From positions 62,001 through 126,000 of the forward strand of contig CAZBBK010000006.1 in NCBI GenBank assembly GCA_964490075.1: a stretch of DNA of 64,000 bases, written 5' to 3'. Shown here in pieces: positions 1 through 12,373 of the stretch. The position numbers were made by a program, and so were the translations under genes. The notes under the pieces are model-generated. The model made no database searches and was not told where the DNA came from. It saw only the letters and a list, made by a program, of their open reading frames with translations. The stretch is from an uncultured Gemmatimonadota bacterium (GTDB taxonomy: Bacteria > GCA-2686955). Within the stretch, counting starts at the first letter, position 1. The number at the start of each line of letters is the position of its first letter.

Positions 1-47
1 CGACAATCCGCCCACTCCATTCATCCCATCCAAACCGCTCTCCAACG

Positions 48-983
48 ATGCCCCGGCAACCCACGAAACCCGCCCCGCTGCGCCCCGGCGACACCATCGG
101 CGTGTTCGCCCCCGCCAGCCCGATCCAGCGACCGATGCTCGACGCGGGCGTGGCGCTGCTCGAGACACGGGGTTTCGCGGTGCGGGTGGCGCGCGGAATC
201 GACGATCGGCGGCGCTACCTGGCCGGCGATGACGCGGCCCGGGCGGCGGGCTTCGCGGAGCTGGCCGGCGATCCCGAGGTGCGGGTGCTGTGGGGGGCGC
301 GCGGCGGCTACGGCTGCGGGCGCATCGTCGACCGTCTCGATCTGGGGGCGCTGGCGGGGCGCCCGGTGGTGGGGTCAAGCGACTTGACGGCGATCTCGCT
401 GGCGCTGAGGCGCCGGGGGTCGACCTTCCTGCACGGCGCCATGGTCGCCTCGGAGCCACCTCTGCAGCGCGCCGGCATCGACCTGGTGCTCGATCTGCTC
501 ACCGGCACGCGCGGGGCGGGGTTCGAGATCGGCCGCACGACGCTGCGCACGGTGGTCGAGGGCGGGGACGAGGCGGTGGAGGGGGTGCTGGAGGGGGGCT
601 GTCTGTCGCTGCTGGCGGCCGCCGCCGGGACCCCCGACGCGCTGTTGGCAGCGGGCGCGATCTGCGTCATGGAGGACGTCGGGGAGCGGCCCTTTCGGAT
701 CGATCGAATGCTGGTCCAGCTGCGGCGGGCGGGCTGCCTGGACGGGGTGCGGGCGGTGGTCTTCGGCGAGATGCCGGGCTGCTCGCAGAATGCCGACCAG
801 GGCTACGAGCTCGACGAGGTGCTGGCGGACTGCTTGGGTGATCTGGGGGTGCCGATCCTGGCCGGGCTGCCGGTCGGCCACGTCGTCTCGGCGCCGCATT
901 TCCCGGTCCCGATGGGATTGCGGGCGCGATTGGAGGGCGGCCGTCTGGTGCTCGACGAGGCGCTGGTGGAGGCGAGGACGTGA
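48..983 (+). CDS. ldcA: LD-carboxypeptidase (peptidase S66, muramoyltetrapeptide carboxypeptidase)
   Basis: LRPGDTIGVFAPAS, YLAGDDAARA, ARGGYG, GSSDLT (catalytic Ser), MEDVGE..RIDRML and PVGH motifs of S66; stop overlaps mpl start (GTGA). Confidence 0.9.
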   Translation: MPRQPTKPAPLRPGDTIGVFAPASPIQRPMLDAGVALLETRGFAVRVARGIDDRRRYLAGDDAARAAGFAELAGDPEVRVLWGARGGYGCGRIVDRLDLGALAGRPVVGSSDLTAISLALRRRGSTFLHGAMVASEPPLQRAGIDLVLDLLTGTRGAGFEIGRTTLRTVVEGGDEAVEGVLEGGCLSLLAAAAGTPDALLAAGAICVMEDVGERPFRIDRMLVQLRRAGCLDGVRAVVFGEMPGCSQNADQGYELDEVLADCLGDLGVPILAGLPVGHVVSAPHFPVPMGLRARLEGGRLVLDEALVEART

Positions 984-2413
984 AAGGAGTGGGCTTGGAG
1001 AGAGGGAGTCGATTCCACCTGCTCGGCATCGGCGGGACCGCCATGGCCTCGCTGGCCGGGCTGCTGCGCCAGCTCGGGCACCAGGTGCAGGGCTCGGACG
1101 GGCCGATCTATCCGCCGATGAGCGACGTGCTGGCGGCGCTCGACGTGAGGGTCTTCGAGGGCTATGACGCGTCCCATCTCGATCCGCCCCCGGACGCGGT
1201 GGTGGTCGGCAACGCCATTCCGCGCGGCAACCCCGAGCTGGAGGCGGCGCTCGAGCGCGACCTTCCCTACTGGTCGATGCCGGCTTTGCTCGCGCAGCTG
1301 GTGCTGTGGAAGCGTACCCGGCTGGTGGTCAGCGGCACGCACGGCAAGACCACGACCACGGCGATGGCCGCCTGGTTGCTGCACCGCGCCGACCCCGAGA
1401 GCGGCTGGCTGGTGGGGGGGCTGCCGCTGGGTCTGCCGGCCAACCACCGCGTGGGTCGGCCGGGGCATCCCTTCGTCATCGAGGGGGACGAATACGACAC
1501 CGCCTACTTCGACAAGGCCGCGAAGTTCTTTCACTACCGTCCCCAGCGCCTGGTGATCAACGCCGTGGAGTTCGACCACGCCGACATCTACAGCGACCTG
1601 GAGACGATCGAGCTGCAGTTTCGGCGCCTGGTGAACACCGTTCCGCGTTCGGGGGTGGTGATCGCCTGCGCCGATGACGCGGGGGCTTTGCGGGTGGTGG
1701 AGGGCTCAGGGGCCGAGGTGCTGAGCTTCGGGGTGGGGCCGCGGGCGACGGGCGCGGCGGAGCCCGACTTCTGGGCTCTGGAGCTGGAAAGCGGCCCGGA
1801 GGGGGTGGAATTCGCGCTTCGGGTGCGGGGCAAGGATCGAGGACGCTGGCGCATCGGCGAGCCGGGGGTCTTCAACGTGCGCAACATGCTGGCCGCCCTG
1901 GCGCTGGTCGAGGGGACCGGGCTCGACTGGGGTGCGACGCGGGCGGCGGTGGCGGAGTATCGCGGGGTGCGGCGGCGGCTGGAGCTGCGCGGCGAGGTGC
2001 GCGGGGTGAGGGTCTACGACGACTTCGCCCATCACCCGACCGCCATCGCGGGGGCGATCGAGGCGATCGCCGGGGTCACCTCGGGGCGGCTGATCGCGGT
2101 GCTGGAGCCACGCTCGTGGACCTTGCGCAGGCGGCTCTTCGAGGGCGAGCTGGTCGACGCGCTGGGCGCGGCCGACCGGGTGATAATCGCGCCGGTATAC
2201 CGGCCGGAGAAGCTCGACGCGGCGATTCGACTGGAGCCGCGGCGGGTGGCGGAGGGGCTGCAGGACCGGGGGACCGACGCCGACGCGCCGGCTTCGAACG
2301 CCGCGATCGTCGACCTGGTGGGGAAGATCGCGCGCGGCGGCGACTCGGTGCTGGTCATGTCGAACGGCGGATTCGACGGGATTCACGAGCGCTTGCTGCG
2401 CACCCTGGCGTGA
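980..2413 (+). CDS. mpl: UDP-N-acetylmuramate:L-alanyl-gamma-D-glutamyl-meso-diaminopimelate ligase
   Basis: GIGGTAMASLA, YPPMS, GNAIPRGNPE, SGTHGKTTT, EGDEYDTAYFDK, EFDHADIY, DDFAHHPTAI and MSNGGF motifs characteristic of Mpl. Confidence 0.93.
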   Translation: MKGVGLERGSRFHLLGIGGTAMASLAGLLRQLGHQVQGSDGPIYPPMSDVLAALDVRVFEGYDASHLDPPPDAVVVGNAIPRGNPELEAALERDLPYWSMPALLAQLVLWKRTRLVVSGTHGKTTTTAMAAWLLHRADPESGWLVGGLPLGLPANHRVGRPGHPFVIEGDEYDTAYFDKAAKFFHYRPQRLVINAVEFDHADIYSDLETIELQFRRLVNTVPRSGVVIACADDAGALRVVEGSGAEVLSFGVGPRATGAAEPDFWALELESGPEGVEFALRVRGKDRGRWRIGEPGVFNVRNMLAALALVEGTGLDWGATRAAVAEYRGVRRRLELRGEVRGVRVYDDFAHHPTAIAGAIEAIAGVTSGRLIAVLEPRSWTLRRRLFEGELVDALGAADRVIIAPVYRPEKLDAAIRLEPRRVAEGLQDRGTDADAPASNAAIVDLVGKIARGGDSVLVMSNGGFDGIHERLLRTLA

Positions 2414-3837
2414 ATCCTCTTCCGCGCCCGGCGCAGCCAGCGACGCTCCGATCGATCGAAGAACCCGAGCGCCAGCAGTCCGACCAGGTAGGCGGCGGCG
2501 GCCAGCGCGAGCGCCGCGGTGATTGCCGTGGCCTGCCGCGGCTGCAGGATCAGCAGCGTGGCGACCGGCAGGAGGGCGGCGCCGAGCGGGCGGAGGAGCG
2601 GCCGCGCCAGGCCGATCCCACCGAGGCAGCGGGCGGCCTGCCAGGCCATCAAGAGCAGCACCAGCAGCTCGGTGACGACGGTGGCGAGGGCGGCGCCCGC
2701 GGGGCCCGCGCGCGGGATCAGCACCAGGTTCAGCGCCACGTTGACCAACGACGCCAGCCCCTGGATCGCCACGCGCTGGCGTTCCTTGCCGAGCGCGTAG
2801 AGGGCGTCGGCCGGCGCGTAGGAGAGGTAGCGGAGCACGACCTGGACCGCCAGGATGCGCAAGAGCGGCTCCACGCCGGCGTAGTCCGGCCCCATGAGCA
2901 GCACGCGGATCGGCGCGGCGAAGATCCAGATGGCGGCCGCGAGCGGCACCGAGACCGCGGCCAGGTAGCGGATGTTGAGGCGGAAGATGCGGCGCAGCTC
3001 GGATGCGTTCGATTCGCCGAGGGCGAAGGCGGCCGGCAGCAGCGCCGCCGACATCGCGACCGGCACCAGGTTCATGAGAGCGACCAGCTTGAAGGCCGCC
3101 GAGTAGATGCCGACCTCGGGCGTGCTGCGCATGTTGGCCAGCATCACGGTGTCGATCTGGCCGTAGATCACGTAGAAGACGCTGGAGGCGGCGAAGGGCA
3201 GACTGGCGCGCACGTAGGCGGGCACCTCCGCGAGGCGCGGGCGCGGGCGCACCAGCTTCGCGACCAGGGCGGCGGCGACCGCCATGCCGCCGAGGCCGGT
3301 CGCCAGGTGCATGAGGCCGAAGAAGGGCAGGGGACGCACCCAGAGGATGCCGAGCGCGCACATGAGGGCGAGCACCAAGGCACCCGAGAGCTCGGAGAGG
3401 GCGCAGCGGCCGACTCGTCCCAGGGCCCTGAGCGCGCCGTGGAGGGGCGCTCGCGCGGCCTGCAGAAGCACCCCGACGCCCAGGAGCGGCATCAGGATGC
3501 GGGCGCCGTGCGGGTACTCGAAGGACCAGACCGCGCCGTTGAGGAAAGCCGTCATGACCACCAGCATGAGTGCGGTGGTGACCAGGGCGTTGCCCAGGTA
3601 GGTCGGAGCCTGGTCCGGGGCGCGCGATACCTGGCGCACGGTGTGGTAGCCGGTGCCCAGGTCGACCAAATGGCAAGCCAGGGTCGCCAGCGCGATCGCC
3701 GCGGCCAGGGCGCCGTAGTCGGTGGGGCCCAGATAGCGCACCAGGGCCAGCGCGACGATGCCGCGGATCAGCGTGGTCGCCGCCGCGGATGCCGCGAGGG
3801 CGGCGGTATCCCCGAAGATGTTACGAGCTCGAATCAC
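2383..3837 (-). CDS. Polysaccharide/oligosaccharide flippase (Wzx/MATE-like)
   Basis: Polytopic membrane protein with RYLGPTDYG, DLG, IYGQIDTVML, VGIYSAA and NVALNLVLIP..G..GAALAT motifs; start taken at GTG 3837 rather than the far-upstream ORF start. Confidence 0.88.
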   Translation of the reverse strand: MIRARNIFGDTAALAASAAATTLIRGIVALALVRYLGPTDYGALAAAIALATLACHLVDLGTGYHTVRQVSRAPDQAPTYLGNALVTTALMLVVMTAFLNGAVWSFEYPHGARILMPLLGVGVLLQAARAPLHGALRALGRVGRCALSELSGALVLALMCALGILWVRPLPFFGLMHLATGLGGMAVAAALVAKLVRPRPRLAEVPAYVRASLPFAASSVFYVIYGQIDTVMLANMRSTPEVGIYSAAFKLVALMNLVPVAMSAALLPAAFALGESNASELRRIFRLNIRYLAAVSVPLAAAIWIFAAPIRVLLMGPDYAGVEPLLRILAVQVVLRYLSYAPADALYALGKERQRVAIQGLASLVNVALNLVLIPRAGPAGAALATVVTELLVLLLMAWQAARCLGGIGLARPLLRPLGAALLPVATLLILQPRQATAITAALALAAAAYLVGLLALGFFDRSERRWLRRARKRIHARVRSKRS

Positions 3838-3854
3838 GGCGGCAACTCTACCGG

Positions 3855-6257
3855 ATGGGCGTTGTCGGCACGCGGACTCGCGCCATGAGGCCGCCGGCGC
3901 GGCGCACCGCGGGGGATCGGCGTGGTGGTCCGGTGCTCTATCTGCTGGCGCGCTTCCCCAGCGTGACCGAGACCTTCCTCTACGACGAGATCGCGGCGCT
4001 CGGAAGCGCCGGGGTGGAGGTCGTGCCCTGGGCCTTGCGTCGCCAGGCGGTGCCGGTGCTGCAGCCGGGCGCGCGAGCGCTGGAGCCGGGGGTCGCGATC
4101 CCCGATGCGGCGCGAGCCATCGGGGCCTGGGTTCGGTGGTGGCTGCGGGCGCCGCGCGCGATGGCCCTCGCCACTCGCGGGAGCTGGCGCGGCCGCCCGG
4201 CGGGCGCGCGGGCGCGGCTGCGTCATTGGATCGCATGGGGACTGGGTCCCGCGGCGGCCGACGCGGTGCTGGGCTCCGGCGCCCGACACATCCACGCCGC
4301 CTACCTGGGCCCGCCAGCCGCCGCTGCGGCGGTGGCGTCACTCCTGACCGAGGTGCCGTACTCGGCCTCGGCCCACGCCCACGACATCTTCAAGGGGACT
4401 CGAGGACTGAAGGCCAAGATCGAGGGCGCGGCCTTCGTGCGTGCGATCAGCGAGCACAACCGGCGCCACCTGGCGCGTCTGACGCAGGGCGTGACGCGGC
4501 CCACGGCGCTCTGCGTCGTCCCCTGCGGACTGACCGAGGACTGGTTCGAGCCGCCCGCGGCGCGCCCGGAATCGCCCCCCACCATCCTGGCGGTGGCCCA
4601 GCTCGAGCGCTACAAGGCGCTGGATCTGTTGATCGACGCGGCGGCGATCTTGCGCTACCGGGGCGTCGCTCTGCGTCTCGTCATCGTCGGAGAGGGGTCC
4701 CGGCGGCGGGCGCTCGAGGCGCGGATTCGGGGCGCCGGCCTGGACGGCGTGGTGGAGCTGGCCGGCGCCCGCGATCGCGGCGAGGTTCGACGACGCCTGG
4801 ACGCCGCCACCCTCTTCGCCGCGCCGGGTCGGGTCGAGCCGAGCGGCAAGAAAGACGGCATCCCGGTGGCGATCGTCGAGGCGATGGCGCGAGGAGCTCC
4901 GGTGGTGGCGACGCGGATCTCGGGCGTCGCGGAGCTGGTGAGTCACCGGCGGACCGGGCTCCTGGTGCCGCCCGACGACGCTGGCGCCCTGGCGCACGCG
5001 CTGGAGCGCCTGTTGGGTGATCCGGCCGCGCGGGCAGCTTTGGCGCGGCAAGCTCGCGCCGTCGTCGAGCGCACGCGGCGTGCTGAGCGCTGCGCGGCGG
5101 AGCTCGCCCGCCTACTCGCCGGAGAGCGGTCGAGCCGCCCCGCCACCGCGAGCGGCAAGGAGCCAGTGCCGCCCGGTCTTCGCGCCGTGGCGCCCGCGCA
5201 GCCCGGCGCTCCCCGGGTGCGCCCGCTCCAACCCGAGGATCGCCCGGCGGTGGTCGACCTTTTCGCGCGCAGCTTCGGTCCGCTGGAAGCGGCGGAGCGG
5301 GAGCGGCGTTGGCGCTGGCTGCTGGAGGAGAGTCCCGCGCGCGGGCTCGAGGGAGCGGCGCGGCCCTTCGTACTGGAGCGGGAGGGGAGCCTGGTCGGCT
5401 GCATGGTCGTGGTGCCGATGCCGCTCTGGGTGTGGGATCGCTCGGTGGTCGTGCACTGGATCGGCGCCACCACACTGCTACCGGGCGAACGGGGAGCGGC
5501 CGCCCTGCTCATGGGCCGGGTGCGCGAGGAGCTGCCGCTCTCGTCCGGCCTGCCGACGGCGCGCATGCTGCGCTTCTGGCGCAAGGTCGACCGGCACCGT
5601 GAGCTGCTCGTTCCCGGAGAGCTGGGGCTCTGGTCGCGCCTGGTCGCGCCCCCCGCGCCGCGCCACCTGCCGCGCCCCCTGCGCGAGCTGCCCGGGCGCT
5701 GCGAGGAGGGCGCCGGAAGGTCGCTCGGCGCCGCGCTCGGCCTGCGCGCGCGGCCGGCGTCCAGACTCGAGGCCGACTGGGACGACTGGCTCCGGGCGGC
5801 CACCCGCGGCTGGCCGATCACCCTGGCGCGCTCGGTCGCGCTCTGCAACTGGCTCTACGCCGACGACCCCCTCGCCCCCTGCCGCCTGGTGCTGGTCGAG
5901 CGCCGGGGGCGGCCCGCGGGCTTCGCCGCCATCGACTGCTACCAGGGAGAGGACGGACGGCGCCACGCCGGCCTGAGCGACCTCTTCTCCGCCCGAACCG
6001 ACCCCGCCGCTCTGGCCTTCACCCTGCACGCCGCGCTCGCCCAGGCGCGCCGTCTGGGCGCGGTCTCTCTGAAAGCGCTGGAACCGACCCATCCGACGAC
6101 GCGCCGCCTGCTGCGAGCCGCCGGCTTCCTGGCCGGACGCAGCCAGGCCCACCCGCTGCTACTGGCGCGCGCGCCCGACCACGTCTCCCCGAGCTGGTAC
6201 GCCGACCTTCACCACTGGCATTTGACGCGCTCGTGGTGTGATCCAAGGCGGGTGTAA
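3855..6257 (+). CDS. Glycosyltransferase family 4 (WcaL-like) fused to a C-terminal GNAT-like domain
   Basis: FPSVTETF, HIHA, SAHAHDIF and DGIPVAIVEAMA.G.PVVAT.ISGV.ELV (GT4); from about 5213 a GNAT-like region (VRPLQPEDRPAVVDLF...WRWL...P). Start is ATG 3855 or 3885. Confidence 0.8.
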   Translation: MGVVGTRTRAMRPPARRTAGDRRGGPVLYLLARFPSVTETFLYDEIAALGSAGVEVVPWALRRQAVPVLQPGARALEPGVAIPDAARAIGAWVRWWLRAPRAMALATRGSWRGRPAGARARLRHWIAWGLGPAAADAVLGSGARHIHAAYLGPPAAAAAVASLLTEVPYSASAHAHDIFKGTRGLKAKIEGAAFVRAISEHNRRHLARLTQGVTRPTALCVVPCGLTEDWFEPPAARPESPPTILAVAQLERYKALDLLIDAAAILRYRGVALRLVIVGEGSRRRALEARIRGAGLDGVVELAGARDRGEVRRRLDAATLFAAPGRVEPSGKKDGIPVAIVEAMARGAPVVATRISGVAELVSHRRTGLLVPPDDAGALAHALERLLGDPAARAALARQARAVVERTRRAERCAAELARLLAGERSSRPATASGKEPVPPGLRAVAPAQPGAPRVRPLQPEDRPAVVDLFARSFGPLEAAERERRWRWLLEESPARGLEGAARPFVLEREGSLVGCMVVVPMPLWVWDRSVVVHWIGATTLLPGERGAAALLMGRVREELPLSSGLPTARMLRFWRKVDRHRELLVPGELGLWSRLVAPPAPRHLPRPLRELPGRCEEGAGRSLGAALGLRARPASRLEADWDDWLRAATRGWPITLARSVALCNWLYADDPLAPCRLVLVERRGRPAGFAAIDCYQGEDGRRHAGLSDLFSARTDPAALAFTLHAALAQARRLGAVSLKALEPTHPTTRRLLRAAGFLAGRSQAHPLLLARAPDHVSPSWYADLHHWHLTRSWCDPRRV

Positions 6258-6300
6258 GGGGGGGGCGACGAGACGAGAACTCAATCGATGAATGAATATC

Positions 6301-6342
6301 TTGAATTTATCACTTGATAAACTCAATATATGTGCGCATAAT
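6301..6342 (+). promoter_or_regulatory. Sigma70-type promoter (TTGATA-17 bp-CATAAT) overlapped by a 12-bp inverted repeat (candidate operator)
   Basis: AT-rich island. TTGATA 6314-6319 and CATAAT 6337-6342; TTGAATTTATCA-ct-TGATAAACTCAA at 6301-6326 (one mismatch); AGGAG RBS before ATG 6365. Confidence 0.7.
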
Positions 6343-6364
6343 CTTGGGAGAACAGGAGACCAGA

Positions 6365-6742
6365 ATGGACATCTCAAGAGCCAGGTGCCCAGATTGCGGC
6401 CAGGCGATGCGTCTGACACGAGCCGGCTGCCCGGGTTGCGGCGTCGGTCTCGATGGAGAGTTCGAAAGCTCGGCACTGGGGCTCTTGACCGAAGCGGATC
6501 AGGCCTTCGTGGTGGCCTTCCTGCGGCATCACGGATCGATTCGCAAGATGGAGAGCCTCTTCGATATCAGCTACCCCACGGTCAAGAACCGACTGCGTTC
6601 GATCGTGGAGATCCTGGATCGGAGCTGCGACTCGCTAGGCTCCAACTCCGAGATCCTGGCGCGGCTATCACGCGGCGAGATCTCGGTGGACGAGGCGCTT
6701 CAACGATTGAAGCCGCCGGGAACACCGGAGAACGGACCATGA
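6365..6742 (+). CDS. DUF2089 family protein (N-terminal Zn ribbon, HTH, SHOCT-like tail)
   Basis: CPDCG...CPGC...GEF, GSIRKMESLFDISYPTVKNRL, ILARLSRGEISVDEAL. Confidence 0.88.
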   Translation: MDISRARCPDCGQAMRLTRAGCPGCGVGLDGEFESSALGLLTEADQAFVVAFLRHHGSIRKMESLFDISYPTVKNRLRSIVEILDRSCDSLGSNSEILARLSRGEISVDEALQRLKPPGTPENGP

Positions 6743-7185
6743 GAACCGAAAGACGACAGATTTTGGAGATGCTCGCCAGCGGCAAGATCTCGGCGGACGA
6801 GGCCGAGCGCTTGCTCGAGAGGATCGGTCCCGCGGGCTCCCTTCGGTCCCCAGGCGGGACGGCAGGGTCGGATGGCGGTTCGGAGGGCGACGCCGATGCA
6901 GGGCCGCGCAAAGGCACGGGAGGCAAGCGCCGCTATCTGCGGGTGCGCGTCGACGGCGGCGATGGCGACAAAGTCAACGTGCGAGTGCCGCTCGGTCTGA
7001 TCAAGGCCGGCATCAAGCTCAAGGCATTGCTCCCGAATCAGGCCCACGACGAAATCGAGAAGACCGGCCTCGACCTGGGGCGACTGGCGGAGCTGGAAGG
7101 CGAAGAGCTGCTCGAGGCTCTGACGGAGTTGGAGGTCGATGTGGACTCGGGTGACGGCGACGTGGTGCGGGTGTTCTGCGAGTAG
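6739..7185 (+). CDS. SHOCT-like (YvlB/LiaX N-terminal type) domain protein, usual DUF2089 partner
   Basis: ERRQILEMLASGKISADEAERLL and YLRVRV...KVNVRVPL; ATGA overlap with the upstream gene. Confidence 0.8.
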   Translation: MRTERRQILEMLASGKISADEAERLLERIGPAGSLRSPGGTAGSDGGSEGDADAGPRKGTGGKRRYLRVRVDGGDGDKVNVRVPLGLIKAGIKLKALLPNQAHDEIEKTGLDLGRLAELEGEELLEALTELEVDVDSGDGDVVRVFCE

Positions 7186-7299
7186 GGGTCAGGCGCGGGA
7201 TCGTAAGCCTCTCCGATGCTTCCGCCGCGACATGGCCTTTGCGCTCGAGACGGCCGACGCCGCCTCACCGGCCGTGCGCTAGTGCGTCATCGAAGGCAA

Positions 7300-7809
7300 T
7301 TCAAAGGAGGAGGCGTCAACTGTCGCGATTATGGAATGCCGGAGGTCGCTGGCTGCACGATCTCCGGAAGTCGGGCGGCGACCGGTGCCGCGATCAACTG
7401 CGATAGAGATGCGGAGGCGCGCTTCACCAACTGTACGATCGTGGCAAACCATGCCGCTGGAACAAGGGGCGCGCGCTCCCCCGGCTTCTACAATTCGCCG
7501 GTCCCGACGAATTGCATACTCTGGGCCATCGCTCCCGACGAGGTAGAGGGCAGTCACCCATGGATATACTATTGCGATGTTCAGGGGATGGCCCGGAGAG
7601 GGCAACATCGATCTCAGTCCGCACTTCGCATCGTTCGGCGGATTCGAGCTGCTCCTCGGGCCCGGATCTCTCTGCATCGACACGGGCGCCCCGAGCTCAC
7701 CGACGGCATCTCGGATTGGCATCCGCGCTGGCCCGAGGGAGTGCCGAACGGACCGCGCTCCGATGTGGGAGCCTACGGCGGACCGGGGAACTGGGGCTGG
7801 CTGCCGTAG
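7300..7809 (+). pseudogene. Remnant (C-terminal part) of a right-handed beta-helix repeat protein, two frameshifts
   Basis: GGGVNC..., NCTIVANHA, NCILW, YCDVQG, then +1 frame WPGEGNID..P.F...SLCIDTG, then back to frame DWHPRWP...RSDVGAYGGP. No N-terminus or signal peptide. Confidence 0.65.
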
Positions 7810-7885
7810 ATCGACCCAAGGACGCGCAGCGGGCGCCCGGCGAAAGTGTTGCGATGGAGCTCGGCATCGAGGCACACTCGCCCGC

Positions 7886-8824
7886 ATGCGCATCGCCATC
7901 ACCGGCTCGTCGGGGTTCATCGGCCGCGCGCTCGCCGCCGCGCTGCGTGCGCGCGTGCCCGGCGCACACCTGATCGGCCTCGACCGCCGCTCGCCGCCCG
8001 CCGAGATCGAGCTCGACCGGCATGTCTACTGGGAGATGCGCGCGCCGCTGGCCCCCTTCCTGCGCGCCGAAGGGATCGACCACCTGGCGCACTTGGCGTT
8101 CCAGGTCGATCCCCTGCGCAACGAGCGGGCCATGGCGGCGATCAATGTCGGCGGCACCCGCCACGTGCTCGACGAGGCGCAGGCCGCCGGCATCGCCCAC
8201 ATCACCATGCTATCCAGCGCCACCGCCTATGGCGCACATCCCGACAATCCCCCGCTACTGAGCGAAAGCGCCCCACTGCGCGCCACCGGCGGTTTCAGCT
8301 ACGCGCGGCACAAGGCGCTGGTCGAGGCCGACATCGCCGTGCGCCGCGGCGCCTTCCCGGAGACGAGCTTCTTGATGGTGCGTCCCACCGCCGTGGTCGG
8401 GCCCGGGCTCGACAACTACCTTCGAGCGCTGCTCGACAAGCCGCGCATCGCCGATCCGCGGCCGGGCGCGCCGCCTTTTCAGCTGGTAGACGTCGACGAC
8501 CTGGCGGCGATCGTGGCGAAGGCGATGGAGATCGGGATGGAAGGCGTGCTCAACGTGGCGGCGCCGGGGCTGGTGACGCTGGACGACGTGGCCGAGCTGA
8601 CGGGGGCGCGCCTGGTGCCCATCGATCGCCGTTTGATGCGCGGCATCACGGCCGCGGCGTGGCGCCTGGGGATGCGCTCGATCACGCCTGCGCCTCCGGA
8701 AATCCTCGACTACGTAGTCCATCCCTGGGTGATCGATACCACTCGCCTGGAGCGGACCCTGGCTCCCGCCTGGCGCTGTGACGCGCGTGCCGCGCTGGCG
8801 CGCATGGTGACCGACCGGGACTGA
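7886..8824 (+). CDS. NAD-dependent epimerase/dehydratase (extended SDR)
   Basis: MRIAITGSSGFIG Rossmann motif, HLAF, INVGGT, SSATAYG, YARHK (YxxxK). Confidence 0.88.
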   Translation: MRIAITGSSGFIGRALAAALRARVPGAHLIGLDRRSPPAEIELDRHVYWEMRAPLAPFLRAEGIDHLAHLAFQVDPLRNERAMAAINVGGTRHVLDEAQAAGIAHITMLSSATAYGAHPDNPPLLSESAPLRATGGFSYARHKALVEADIAVRRGAFPETSFLMVRPTAVVGPGLDNYLRALLDKPRIADPRPGAPPFQLVDVDDLAAIVAKAMEIGMEGVLNVAAPGLVTLDDVAELTGARLVPIDRRLMRGITAAAWRLGMRSITPAPPEILDYVVHPWVIDTTRLERTLAPAWRCDARAALARMVTDRD

Positions 8825-8977
8825 GCGTGCAACGCATTGTCGCGTCGAAAGGCGACGCAAGAAGATGCTTGGGATGACGCACTCCCGATTCCTATACTCC
8901 TGAGCCCTCCGGGGCGCGGGCCCTCCGTCGATCGCTTCGCGCTGCCCTCGTCCAGCAACAACCACATGGAGTACGCA

Positions 8978-9712
8978 ATGGCGTCGGCTGCCGGCGCGAC
9001 GCAGAGTCGCGCGTTATCCGGCCCTCTGAAGCTCGTGGGCTCCTCGATCGGGGCCAAGGTCGTGATGGCCGTCACGGGACTGATTCTGTCGGTCTTCGTG
9101 CTCGGCCACATGGTGGGCAACCTGCAGATCTTCCTGGGGCCGGAGGCGATCAATCGCTACGGCGCCTTCCTGCAGGGGCTCGGCGAGCTGCTGTGGCTGA
9201 TCCGTCTCGTTCTGCTGGCGACCGTGGTCATCCACGTCGCCTCGGCCGCCCGCCTGGTGATCCTCAACAGGCAGGCGCGTCCCATCGGTTACGTGCACGG
9301 CGCCGACGTGCAGGTCGCATTCGCGGCCCGCACCATGCCGTGGACCGGCATGATCCTCTTGGCGTTCATCGTCTATCACCTGGCGCATTTCACCGCCGGA
9401 CGGGTGCAGCCCGAGCTCTTCGGCTTCCACGACGAGTTGGGGCGCCACGACATCTACGCGATGGTCGTGCTCGGCTTCCAGGACTGGTTCGTGACCGGCT
9501 GCTACGTGATCGCCAACGCGCTGCTCGCGCTGCACATGAGCCACGGTGTTTCGAGCATGTTCCAGTCCTTCGGCGTAACCACGCCGAGTCTGCGCCGGCC
9601 GCTGGTCGACCTGGCGGGGCCGGCGATCGGGACCCTGGTGCTGCTCGGCAACCTCAGTATTCCCCTGGCGTGCTGGCTCGGCCTGCTCGAGCTTCCCTAC
9701 GGAGCGATGTGA
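8978..9712 (+). CDS. sdhC: Succinate dehydrogenase/fumarate reductase cytochrome b subunit (b558 type)
   Basis: [20 protein letters not shown], heme-ligand His residues (IH, YHLAHF, LHMSHG); GGAG RBS before ATG 8978; precedes sdhA. Confidence 0.9.
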   Translation: MASAAGATQSRALSGPLKLVGSSIGAKVVMAVTGLILSVFVLGHMVGNLQIFLGPEAINRYGAFLQGLGELLWLIRLVLLATVVIHVASAARLVILNRQARPIGYVHGADVQVAFAARTMPWTGMILLAFIVYHLAHFTAGRVQPELFGFHDELGRHDIYAMVVLGFQDWFVTGCYVIANALLALHMSHGVSSMFQSFGVTTPSLRRPLVDLAGPAIGTLVLLGNLSIPLACWLGLLELPYGAM

Positions 9713-9713
9713 C

Positions 9714-12369
<2,656 letters not shown>

Positions 12370-12373
<4 letters not shown>

